This document shows positions 49,287 to 57,208 of a stretch of 64,000 bases of DNA, piece after piece. Made by a program: the position numbers and the translations under genes. This DNA comes from a virus. Position 1 is the stretch's first letter, and the number at the start of each line of letters is the position of its first letter. The notes below the pieces were generated by a model, which made no database searches, had not been told where the DNA came from, and worked only from the letters and a program-made list of their open reading frames with translations. The DNA is taken from the IMG/VR virus record IMGVR_UViG_3300035698_025127, positions 32,001-96,000 of that record; one strand, given 5' to 3'.

Positions 49287-49889
49287 ATGGAAAACAAAAT
49301 TTTTGTAGAAGTTGAAGGCGTGGATTATTCTGGCAAAACCACTTTGATGGGGCACTTAGTAAATAGACTTGGTATTGTAGACCATTATTTCACAAGAGAA
49401 CCATACAAAGGAGAATACCGCAATCTACTTTTAAATGCACCTTTGAAGCGCGATGAAGCTCTGGAAATTTTTGTAAAGGATCGCATAGAACACGTCAAAA
49501 GGATGAATACGTTGCCACATAAATATATCTGGTGCGACCGATATCTTCTCTCGACACTAGTTTATCAAACGGGGACTGAAAAAGAAATTGTGGAAATTAT
49601 GGAAATGCATAAAGAGGAAAATCTTCCACTCCCAGATGTTCTGGTTTATTTATTCTGCTCAAAAGAAGTTGCCCGGCAAAGAGCATCAGAACGGCCAGAA
49701 ACTAACCACTATGACGAACACCACCGAGAGAATGCTAAAAGGTATAGGAAAGTTTTATCAAGCGATTCTACGCCATATTACAAGACAATTCCGGTACTGG
49801 AGTTCGATACAAGCGTACATGGGCCGGAAGCAATTGCCAAACATGTTTGGGATTCGGTCAAGAAGAAAATAGTATTCGCAAATGAATAA
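49287..49889 (+). CDS. tmk: Thymidylate kinase
   Basis: VEGVDYSGKTT, TREP, DR.EH, CDRYLLSTLVYQ, PDVLVYL. Confidence 0.92.
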   Translation: MENKIFVEVEGVDYSGKTTLMGHLVNRLGIVDHYFTREPYKGEYRNLLLNAPLKRDEALEIFVKDRIEHVKRMNTLPHKYIWCDRYLLSTLVYQTGTEKEIVEIMEMHKEENLPLPDVLVYLFCSKEVARQRASERPETNHYDEHHRENAKRYRKVLSSDSTPYYKTIPVLEFDTSVHGPEAIAKHVWDSVKKKIVFANE

Positions 49890-49921
49890 AGAAAAAGCCC
49901 CGATTAAGGGGCTTTTTCTTT
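49889..49921. terminator. Bidirectional terminator between convergent units
   Basis: AAGAAAAAGCCCC-gattaa-GGGGCTTTTTCTT. Confidence 0.85.
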
Positions 49922-50064
49922 GCTCAATTATACTTTTTTACATATACGTTTCAAGTTTGTCAATATGTTCCTGAAGTCGCCGGCATTCAAGCTGCTATTT
50001 TGCTAATTAGCATGCACACAAAGCCACAAACTCATTTTTTGTCAACTCAAAGACAATATTGTCT

Positions 50065-50550
50065 TTAGTCCAAGTGTTGATGCATGTTAAAATCCACATC
50101 GGCAATGCTATCACGGACAGCATTGTATGCAGCGGCTTTAAGATTCATTCCTTGTTCCATGGGCCCATTCACCAAGGGTCCAAGCCACAAAGTATATCCG
50201 GTTCTGTAGCTGTTTTTCCGAATGGCAATACCGCCATATTCGCAGACGAACTCAAAATAGCCGGAACGTTTTTCGTTCGCAACTTTTTTAAATTCGCTGA
50301 TGAACTTGCGATTTTTGCCGGAGAACTCTAGCCAAACAAAGCCACACAGTTCGCGAAGCCGACCGACAACGCCACCAATTTCGCCGCCTAATTCGTGGAT
50401 ACTTTGGCTAGTAGTGTTTAGCCCGATATCCTCGACAACGGCATAAGCAGGGCCGGCTTTAAGAAGGACAACGATATGATTATGGGCTGCAATTTTAGCG
50501 GCTTTGGTGGCTTCAACGATCATATCTTTGAATGTATTTTTCATTGTCAT
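50065..50550 (-). CDS. Hypothetical early protein
   Basis: ORF just downstream of minus-strand promoter. Confidence 0.75.
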   Translation of the reverse strand: MTMKNTFKDMIVEATKAAKIAAHNHIVVLLKAGPAYAVVEDIGLNTTSQSIHELGGEIGGVVGRLRELCGFVWLEFSGKNRKFISEFKKVANEKRSGYFEFVCEYGGIAIRKNSYRTGYTLWLGPLVNGPMEQGMNLKAAAYNAVRDSIADVDFNMHQHLD

Positions 50551-50587
50551 TCTCTGTGTTAGTAGCTTGTCAATCAATCATAAGTAA

Positions 50588-50615
50588 ACTATAGCATAGA
50601 AAATCATAATGTCAA
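50588..50615 (-). promoter_or_regulatory. Sigma70-type early promoter (repeat family)
   Basis: TTGACA-16 nt-TATAGT with TG; near-identical to 62315-62342. Confidence 0.75.
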
Positions 50616-50647
50616 GGAAAAAATGAAAAAAACTATTATACATTACT

Positions 50648-50893
50648 TTATCTATCTCCTTGCATAAGGTCTTTAAATTCGGCCTGTGTAATAACATTTA
50701 CGTCTGTAACACATTTTTCTTTACCGAAAAATTCTCGAAAAGTTTTTCGGTTACGCTGGAGTTTTGCATATTTTTGTGCAACTTTTAAAGTATACGGACC
50801 TGCAAAATTATGAAAAAACTCTCCGCTATGTTTATTTGAACGTAATGCCATTTTAATGTGCACTATGTAATTTTTTTTAATATGTTGCGTCAT
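50648..50893 (-). CDS. Hypothetical early protein
   Basis: AAGGA RBS. Confidence 0.65.
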   Translation of the reverse strand: MTQHIKKNYIVHIKMALRSNKHSGEFFHNFAGPYTLKVAQKYAKLQRNRKTFREFFGKEKCVTDVNVITQAEFKDLMQGDR

Positions 50894-50928
50894 TTTTTTC
50901 CTTTGTTATACATTTTCATGTCAAATTC

Positions 50929-51234
50929 TTAACAAGATACATTCATTATGTGGGGTAAATCCTGCTGCATCAAAACAGCACAAAGACTGTATTTTTCAAC
51001 GCCCAGAATGGTATTTAACATTTCGTTAATAGCCTTTTGAGGGCTTTTTCTTTTGACACCGAAAAGCTGGCATGGTTCAAACACGCTTGGCGCATAAATG
51101 CCATAATAAAACCCATCGGTTTTTCTGCTGATTCTGCCAAGTTCTCTTGACAATTCTTTTTTGTTACAAGGAACATATGTAATAACAATACTGTCCTTAA
51201 TAACACCGCCCTGAATGAATATTGTGTTATTCAT
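50929..51234 (-). CDS. Hypothetical early protein
   Basis: GGAG RBS before MNNTIF. Confidence 0.65.
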   Translation of the reverse strand: MNNTIFIQGGVIKDSIVITYVPCNKKELSRELGRISRKTDGFYYGIYAPSVFEPCQLFGVKRKSPQKAINEMLNTILGVEKYSLCAVLMQQDLPHIMNVSC

Positions 51235-51598
51235 TGTGTACTCCAAAATTCCTTTCACAGTGCGAAGCACTTGAAATACTATCATAATTGTAAATTGTGT
51301 GAAAGCACTTGTATTCGCCGAGATCATCTATATGAACACAATTCAAAATAATTTTGGAATTATCCCATTTTGTAACCTTGCACACCCCATTGCCAGAAAA
51401 AATCTTTTCCGGTACTTCGAGGGAACTTACCTTGACAGGATTGGCTCGATCTTTTCCCGCTGCGATCAAAAGCGTTCCGAATACTCCAGTCACTGCCAAT
51501 AGCACAAAAATAATCATGGAATATGCAAACCATTTTGAAACTTTTTCTTTTTTGCTGCCATACAAATTCATTTTGTAAAGACTTTTAATTTTCGGCAT
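51227..51598 (-). CDS. Hypothetical single-TM membrane protein
   Basis: AAGGA RBS; hydrophobic helix. Confidence 0.7.
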   Translation of the reverse strand: MPKIKSLYKMNLYGSKKEKVSKWFAYSMIIFVLLAVTGVFGTLLIAAGKDRANPVKVSSLEVPEKIFSGNGVCKVTKWDNSKIILNCVHIDDLGEYKCFHTIYNYDSISSASHCERNFGVHNE

Positions 51599-51629
51599 GT
51601 TTTTTCCTTTTTCGTTTAAGTTAGGTTTT

Positions 51630-51658
51630 AATATATCACAAACCCCTAACTTTGTCAA
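51630..51658 (-). promoter_or_regulatory. Sigma70-type early promoter
   Basis: TTGACA-17 nt-TATATT with TG. Confidence 0.7.
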
Positions 51659-51704
51659 GTTTTAAATATAAAAAATAATCGTACGAATATATATATGGAG
51701 GTAC

Positions 51705-51980
51705 ATGATGAATGACAATTTAATTTATATTATACTCGGTGGATTTGCTTTTGTTGGATTTAGCTCTTTGGGGCTAGGGAAATTATTATCAAAACTTTTT
51801 GGTAATAAAAGAAAACAAAAAAATACTCATAGCAATCCAAGATTACCAAAATACTCTAACCATAAAAAGGAATACGAAAAAGATGAAGACACTATTGATA
51901 AAACAGTGGGCAATCTTGCTATTGACAGTTTACTTGACGTCATTGATGCCTCAATTAGTAATGGCAAGCGAAAAAAATAA
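51705..51980 (+). CDS. N-terminal TM protein (possible lysis/spanin-like component)
   Basis: GGAGG RBS, N-terminal TM; overlaps next gene. Confidence 0.6.
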   Translation: MMNDNLIYIILGGFAFVGFSSLGLGKLLSKLFGNKRKQKNTHSNPRLPKYSNHKKEYEKDEDTIDKTVGNLAIDSLLDVIDASISNGKRKK

Positions 51981-52311
51981 GCACTCGGAAACTTTTAAAA
52001 TTCCAGGTGTTTGCCACACTATGATATGCGGAGAGGAAAAATGCGAATGTATTATTCCCGAGAAATTTGAGTATGCTGTTACAGAAGACGTCATTAGGCA
52101 GTTTGTCAAAGAGAAAATGGGCAAAGAAGCGTGCAAAAATGAACTTGGGGACTGTACAAGCAATTTACAGGACTGTAAAACTCGGCCAGCAGAGACAAAA
52201 GTTATTGTAACGAATGAAATTCCGAATTGGGTATGGTATGTTTTTGCGGCCGTGGCAGTTGTTACGCTCGTAGGTGGGGGATATGCTGGATACAAATTGG
52301 GTCAGTTATAA
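51883..52311 (+). CDS. Exported Cys-rich protein with C-terminal TM (possible spanin-like)
   Basis: AAGGA RBS; signal-like N-terminus, 7 Cys, C-terminal TM. Confidence 0.65.
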   Translation: MKTLLIKQWAILLLTVYLTSLMPQLVMASEKNKHSETFKIPGVCHTMICGEEKCECIIPEKFEYAVTEDVIRQFVKEKMGKEACKNELGDCTSNLQDCKTRPAETKVIVTNEIPNWVWYVFAAVAVVTLVGGGYAGYKLGQL

Positions 52312-52470
52312 ATGTCAGTATTCTTTTATATTCACTGTCTTATTATCATTTTTATGATAATTGGTTTTCTGTGGTCATTAAAAAAAGATCACTTTTCGTA
52401 CGTAATACTTTGGTTATATATTATTGGCTTTGTTTTCACTATATTTTGTGGAGTTTTCTGGCATGGATAA
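52312..52470 (+). CDS. Small two-TM protein (52 aa), not in ORF track
   Basis: Starts directly after upstream TAA; MSVFFYIHCLIIIFMIIGFLW...WHG. Confidence 0.55.
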   Translation: MSVFFYIHCLIIIFMIIGFLWSLKKDHFSYVILWLYIIGFVFTIFCGVFWHG

Positions 52471-52645
52471 AAAACATTTAATTATGTATACATTGGGCAA
52501 TAACATTTTGCACGATCCAACAATTTCTTTACTTCCGCCCGATATTCTAAAAGAATTCGCTATTAGAATTTTGCGGTCCCTTGACGTTAATATTGATGGT
52601 GACATTGATATCGACAAACTTTTCGAGGAACTGGAACTTAGTTAA
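52463..52645 (+). CDS. Hypothetical protein
   Basis: GGAG RBS; TAATG-coupled to the DnaE N-terminal gene. Confidence 0.6.
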   Translation: MDKKHLIMYTLGNNILHDPTISLLPPDILKEFAIRILRSLDVNIDGDIDIDKLFEELELS

Positions 52646-54015
52646 TGACAATTAACTGGACTCATTTACATACACATTCGGTGTATTCCGTTCGCGATGG
52701 GTTATCGTCTATAAATGATATCGTCAATAAGGCTAAAGAACATGGATTTTCAAGCGTTGCTTTGACTGACCACGGCACGGTTGCTGGTAGTTTTCAGTTC
52801 ATAAATAGTGCTAAAAGCGCCGGAATCAAACCTATAATCGGTTCAGAGCTCTATATCGAAGCTGTACCAAGGAAATTGATTAAAAACCGCTCTGAGATAG
52901 ACCACAGTCGTTATAAGAACGAATACAAAAAGTCAATCAATAGGATGCTGCGGTCCAATTACCATTTAGTTGCTCTTGCACAAAACTATCAGGGATATAA
53001 AAACCTTCTTAAAATTACAAATAATTCTATAGAAGAGGGCTATTTTTACAGGCCCTTGACTACAAAAAAAGTTCTTTTTGAAAATAGCCAGGGAATTTGT
53101 GCTTCTTCGGCATGTTTTGGTGGTGAAATAGCCCGGATGCTTTATGCTGGCAATACAGCACAAGCTGAATATGCTTTATCGGAATATAAAGAGGCTTTTC
53201 GGGGCAGATTCGCCATAGAGCTAATGATAATTAACTTCCCAAGACAAAAACAGATAAATGAAGAACTAATAAGATTAGCACATAAAACTAATACCCCTAC
53301 AATTATTACTTGTGATTCTCATTACACTAATCAGAGTGAATATGACTTGCACAGAATTCTGCTGAATATTGATAATGTACGGCAGGGCATCAAGTTAGAA
53401 GACATTAGTAATGGCTGGGAATTCGACGCCACAGACTTGTTTTATAAGTCCTTAAAACAAATTATGGAAGACTGGGAAAAGCAACATAAAAGTGATATAT
53501 TTACAAAAGAAGTATTGCTTAATTCCATTCGAAATACGTCAAATATTATAGATTCTGTTGAAGAATATACACTCCAACACGTTCCTAGGCTTCCGACGTA
53601 CGATAATGGTTACGAGGTGTTAAAGAAACGCTGTGTTACCGGGCTATATAATATGATACAAAACGGTATTATTGAAAAAACAAGAGGTTTTGAATATCAA
53701 AAAAGGCTAATATATGAATTAAAAACCATCAAACAGTTAAATGCAGTCAGCTATATGCTACTGTTCGCCGATGTTACAAATTTTTGTGATAATCCTTTTG
53801 ACAAAACAATATGGAGCGGGCATGAAATACCCGAAGAAATACGAGATTTAATTCCGTCAAGCGGAACTATTCCGCGTGGCACAGGTCGTGGATCTGCCGG
53901 TGGTTCTTTAGTTGCTTACTTATTAGGCATAACCAAAGGTGTTGACCCGCTTAAATTTGATTTACTATTTGAACGCTTTCTTGACATTAATCGTGTCCCG
54001 AAAATGAAGTTCTAA
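52645..54015 (+). CDS. dnaE: DNA polymerase III alpha (DnaE), N-terminal PHP domain plus first half of palm
   Basis: HLHTHSVYSVRDG, ALTDHG, KPIIGSE, YHLVALA.N..GYKNL, SAC..GE, DSHY, RL.YEL..I, GRGSAGGSLVAYLLGIT..VDPL.FDLLFERFL...R then stop. Confidence 0.93.
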   Translation: MTINWTHLHTHSVYSVRDGLSSINDIVNKAKEHGFSSVALTDHGTVAGSFQFINSAKSAGIKPIIGSELYIEAVPRKLIKNRSEIDHSRYKNEYKKSINRMLRSNYHLVALAQNYQGYKNLLKITNNSIEEGYFYRPLTTKKVLFENSQGICASSACFGGEIARMLYAGNTAQAEYALSEYKEAFRGRFAIELMIINFPRQKQINEELIRLAHKTNTPTIITCDSHYTNQSEYDLHRILLNIDNVRQGIKLEDISNGWEFDATDLFYKSLKQIMEDWEKQHKSDIFTKEVLLNSIRNTSNIIDSVEEYTLQHVPRLPTYDNGYEVLKKRCVTGLYNMIQNGIIEKTRGFEYQKRLIYELKTIKQLNAVSYMLLFADVTNFCDNPFDKTIWSGHEIPEEIRDLIPSSGTIPRGTGRGSAGGSLVAYLLGITKGVDPLKFDLLFERFLDINRVPKMKF

Positions 54016-54029
54016 GGAGACAAAAAAAC

Positions 54030-54302
54030 ATGCAAAAAATTAATGTATTCTCAGTCGAAGAAACTAAAATTCCTAACGCGCCTAGACAAGGCAAAGAACT
54101 TTCCAAAATGCCTACAAAAGGGAACTATTACTTTTTAGTAAAACTCTATGATAGTACTGGCAACTTTATCATGGCTGCGCATGGCAATGATTTACTAACA
54201 GCCAAAAAAACATTGGTAAATGATTTTATTGCGTCCAGATATTCCACTAATGCATTAAAGGAATATATTGACGAACTTAAACAATATGCAGAAACAGCAT
54301 AA
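54030..54302 (+). CDS. Hypothetical protein
   Basis: AAGGAG RBS. Confidence 0.7.
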   Translation: MQKINVFSVEETKIPNAPRQGKELSKMPTKGNYYFLVKLYDSTGNFIMAAHGNDLLTAKKTLVNDFIASRYSTNALKEYIDELKQYAETA

Positions 54303-54462
54303 AGACATAAAAACAGTCATAGACTTTTTAATGACGTTAGAATGTCATGATAAGCACCGAGACTTTTTAGACAGCCTCATAAATTACTATAATGTAAATG
54401 GGGGGTTTACTGACAAACAACTTGACGTATTAAAAAGCATAATGATTTCCGAATCAATATAA
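54286..54462 (+). CDS. Hypothetical protein
   Basis: Small ORF; FL.SL..Y....G..T.KQL motif common in phage proteins. Confidence 0.55.
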   Translation: MQKQHKDIKTVIDFLMTLECHDKHRDFLDSLINYYNVNGGFTDKQLDVLKSIMISESI

Positions 54463-54464
54463 AG

Positions 54465-54490
54465 AAGAGGCCTAGCGCCTCTTTTTTTTT
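54465..54490 (+). terminator. Intrinsic terminator
   Basis: AAGAGGC-ctagc-GCCTCTT then T-run. Confidence 0.75.
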
Positions 54491-54500
54491 CAAAAAAAAC

Positions 54501-54529
54501 TTGACAAACGCAACAAGATATGTTATAAC
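54501..54529 (+). promoter_or_regulatory. Sigma70-type early promoter
   Basis: TTGACA-17 nt-TATAAC with TG. Confidence 0.8.
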
Positions 54530-54570
54530 ATAGACAATTGATACAAAAAATACTTAACGAAAGGACAGCA

Positions 54571-54954
54571 ATGAAAAACATTTTTGTTTACGGCACATTA
54601 AAAGGTGTTGGTAAACAGCTTGTCGGTAAAGATATCAAAGCCACTTTAAAGGGATGGGACCTTTACATGATTATGGACTGGAATGGAAAACCGACTTATC
54701 CGACTGTTAAATTATCTTCCAACCCCAATGCTATTGTACATGGCGAAGTTCTTACCGATCTTGGTCCATTTGAAGTTGCATTTTTTGACCGATATGAAGG
54801 TTTTGAATCGGCCGAAAGTGAAACCAACCTATATAACAAAAAAACAGTAATTGCAACACTTGAAGACAGTTCAGAAATTGAAGTAGATGTATACGAGTTT
54901 AATAGTGAACTGTACGATGCTGACTTGCGAAAAATCGAGGGAGGAAAATTTTGA
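54571..54954 (+). CDS. Gamma-glutamylcyclotransferase (AIG2-like)
   Basis: IFVYGTLK, YP, VHGEV, FDRYEG. Confidence 0.85.
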   Translation: MKNIFVYGTLKGVGKQLVGKDIKATLKGWDLYMIMDWNGKPTYPTVKLSSNPNAIVHGEVLTDLGPFEVAFFDRYEGFESAESETNLYNKKTVIATLEDSSEIEVDVYEFNSELYDADLRKIEGGKF

Positions 54955-55277
54955 CAGATATTTTGGTACAATGTAAAAGTGTAAAAGGTGTTGATCCAAC
55001 AGTTGTAACTTTCCGTGATGTGGAAACTGGTGAAGAACTTATTGAACGTATTTATACGGGTACTATTAAGCAAATTACCAAAAAATTGGGCGCGCCTGAC
55101 AGGTGGAAGCGTAGTATTTTTCGCCTTAAGGTTTCCAATTACCAACATGTCAATGCCGCAACAAAACACTCTAGTCGTTTTGTTCAGTCTGTGAACCCCG
55201 CATCCTTTGGGGATGTAAAGCGTATTTGTGACGAACTCAATAAAAAGAAAGAGGAGAAAAAATCCAATGCTGTTTAA
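54951..55277 (+). CDS. Hypothetical protein (TTG start)
   Basis: GGAGG RBS. Confidence 0.65.
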   Translation: MTDILVQCKSVKGVDPTVVTFRDVETGEELIERIYTGTIKQITKKLGAPDRWKRSIFRLKVSNYQHVNAATKHSSRFVQSVNPASFGDVKRICDELNKKKEEKKSNAV

Positions 55278-55878
55278 AGCCGATTATGAAAATGGTTGTT
55301 TTGTTTCTACAAAAAAATTCGCAAAAAAATATGCCGATTTTATACGCATGTTGAATACTTTTGTCATTTCGGATGGCAAAGTTTATGTGCCATTTACTGC
55401 ACAAAAACTGGCAAACGAATTCTTTGAGAAAATGAATGCAGACATTGAATTTGAAGACATTGATGAAAAGTATCATGTCCCCTATGTGCAGATTGATGGC
55501 GATAATATGTTGAAAGTATATGTCGCTACTTATAACTTGGGATCTATTCTTAGTTCTCATTTTCTTCGTGAAGATTCCAAAAAAGGATTTTTCAAGATCA
55601 GAATTCACCCCAACTATAACGAACTTCTTGAAAGTCTGAAAAAAGAATTCGGCGGCTTTTCCGCAGATGAAAATTTTTCCGATACAATGACAGAGTTGGT
55701 CGCTAACCTTAAAGACTTGGGTGATGAAAACGATTCCGAAGACGAACGGACCCGAAATATTATTCGGGCCATGATTGTAAGAATCGCAAATCAGGAAAAT
55801 ATTGAACTGAATGCGGCTGGAAAAGAATATGTGGAAGGCCTCAAAGAAATAACCCCTAGCCGTTACTGGGACTTTTAA
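55267..55878 (+). CDS. Hypothetical protein
   Basis: GAGGAG RBS. Confidence 0.75.
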   Translation: MLFKADYENGCFVSTKKFAKKYADFIRMLNTFVISDGKVYVPFTAQKLANEFFEKMNADIEFEDIDEKYHVPYVQIDGDNMLKVYVATYNLGSILSSHFLREDSKKGFFKIRIHPNYNELLESLKKEFGGFSADENFSDTMTELVANLKDLGDENDSEDERTRNIIRAMIVRIANQENIELNAAGKEYVEGLKEITPSRYWDF

Positions 55879-55927
55879 TAACAAGCCGTTACCAAAACTT
55901 TTAATTAACTAACAAAAAGGACATACA

Positions 55928-56533
55928 ATGTGTATTATCGGACTAAAGACGATCGGGCAAGAAACCCCCTCACTTAACACACTTCGCGGCTGTTTTAATA
56001 GCAATCGCGATGGCGCAGGAATTGCCATTGTACGAAATGATAAAGTGGAAGTTCACAAAGGATTTATGAACTGGGGAGACTTTGAAACGGCAGTAAATGT
56101 ACTTCAGATTGACAAAAATGAACTTGCCATGTATCACTTTCGTTTTGGTACTGCAGGCGAAAATAACCAGGCAAATACCCACCCTTTCCCTGTTTGGCCT
56201 GTGGACAAGACGCAATTGCGATGGACAAGTTATACAGCAAAAGCTGCAATGTCGCATAACGGCATTATGAGCAAATACGGTGGCTATTGGAAACAAGGCA
56301 AAGTGGATGAATATTCCGACACTCAGCTTTTTGTATATGACCAGCTTCGCCACTATACCTTGGCTGACTTATATACCAATGAAACCGTCAAGGAACTCGG
56401 TACCCTTATTAATGGTGGTAACAAACTGGCAATTATTACCGAGGATAACAAGTATATTCTCGTCAATGAACAGGCTGGAGTTTGGGACCAGGGAATGTGG
56501 TGGAGCAACCCCGGATACAAAATATACTGTTGA
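55928..56533 (+). CDS. Class II glutamine amidotransferase (Ntn-hydrolase)
   Basis: N-terminal MC, N.DG.G, HFRFGT.G, NTHPF, HNG, SDT. Confidence 0.88.
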   Translation: MCIIGLKTIGQETPSLNTLRGCFNSNRDGAGIAIVRNDKVEVHKGFMNWGDFETAVNVLQIDKNELAMYHFRFGTAGENNQANTHPFPVWPVDKTQLRWTSYTAKAAMSHNGIMSKYGGYWKQGKVDEYSDTQLFVYDQLRHYTLADLYTNETVKELGTLINGGNKLAIITEDNKYILVNEQAGVWDQGMWWSNPGYKIYC

Positions 56534-56620
56534 ATATATCGCCTCAGATTTTGAAATAAAGTAATATTATAAAAACCCTTGACATTCGCTGTAAAGTGTG
56601 CTATAACAAAGTCATAACTT
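56517..56620 (+). repeat. 104-bp perfect direct repeat, copy 1 (contains promoter 56579-56607)
   Basis: Identical to 57084-57187; TTGACA-17-TATAAC inside. Confidence 0.92.
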
Positions 56621-56638
56621 AAAAAGAAAGGAAATTTC

Positions 56639-56884
56639 ATGGAACAATTTACTCTAAAATACTATCCCGCTATTATAGGTATTCTAGCCCTTTGTTTTAC
56701 GGTTTATGGATATGCAGTCAGCACTACGATTGTTTACTATAGCCCGACTACTGGAAAGCCAATAGCATGTCTTTTTGAAAACGCAAAATATGAAGCTGAT
56801 GCCTTTGTTTGTCAAGAGGCAATAAAAGGCATACATAGACGTAAATACGTTAACCCCGATTTTGCCATGGACCAAGGAGAATAA
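56639..56884 (+). CDS. Small membrane-anchored protein (paralog A)
   Basis: N-terminal TM; VY....TG..I.C......Y.A..F.CQEA shared with next gene. Confidence 0.75.
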   Translation: MEQFTLKYYPAIIGILALCFTVYGYAVSTTIVYYSPTTGKPIACLFENAKYEADAFVCQEAIKGIHRRKYVNPDFAMDQGE

Positions 56885-56885
56885 A

Positions 56886-57131
56886 ATGTTTGACAAAAAT
56901 CATTTCGACGCCCGTTCAATTGTATTGTCTATTGCAGCAATCGCGATGTTTGCTTTTCTTTTTCATATAATTCTGTCTATCCCTACTGTATATGTTAATT
57001 CCGCCACTGGAGAAAAAGTCGGTTGTAACATAAACGGCAAACAATATGCCGCTGCTTCATTTATCTGCCAGGAGGCCGTAAAAACAAAATATACTGTTGA
57101 ATATATCGCCTCAGATTTTGAAATAAAGTAA
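56886..57131 (+). CDS. Small membrane-anchored protein (paralog B)
   Basis: AAGGAG RBS; same motif as paralog A. Confidence 0.75.
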   Translation: MFDKNHFDARSIVLSIAAIAMFAFLFHIILSIPTVYVNSATGEKVGCNINGKQYAAASFICQEAVKTKYTVEYIASDFEIK

Positions 57132-57187
57132 TATTATAAAAACCCTTGACATTCGCTGTAAAGTGTGCTATAACAAAGTCATAACTT
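57084..57187 (+). repeat. 104-bp perfect direct repeat, copy 2 (contains promoter 57146-57174)
   Basis: Identical to 56517-56620. Confidence 0.92.
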
Positions 57188-57208
57188 GAAACAAAGGAGA
57201 ACAAACAA

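Noticed and set aside
49938-50045. Possible decayed minus-strand ORF (LTKNEFVALCAC*LAK*QLECRRLQEHIDKLETYM)
   Set aside because: Too short and has no recognisable homology, so it cannot be called a pseudogene.
53960-54015. Split intein or trans-splicing intron at the DnaE break
   Set aside because: Only ~6 residues follow FERFLDINR, there are no intein block motifs on either half, and both flanks are tightly packed genes with no room for intron RNA.
56517-57187. IS/transposon or att-flanked element
   Set aside because: No transposase or integrase and no terminal inverted repeats; reported as a direct-repeat cassette instead.
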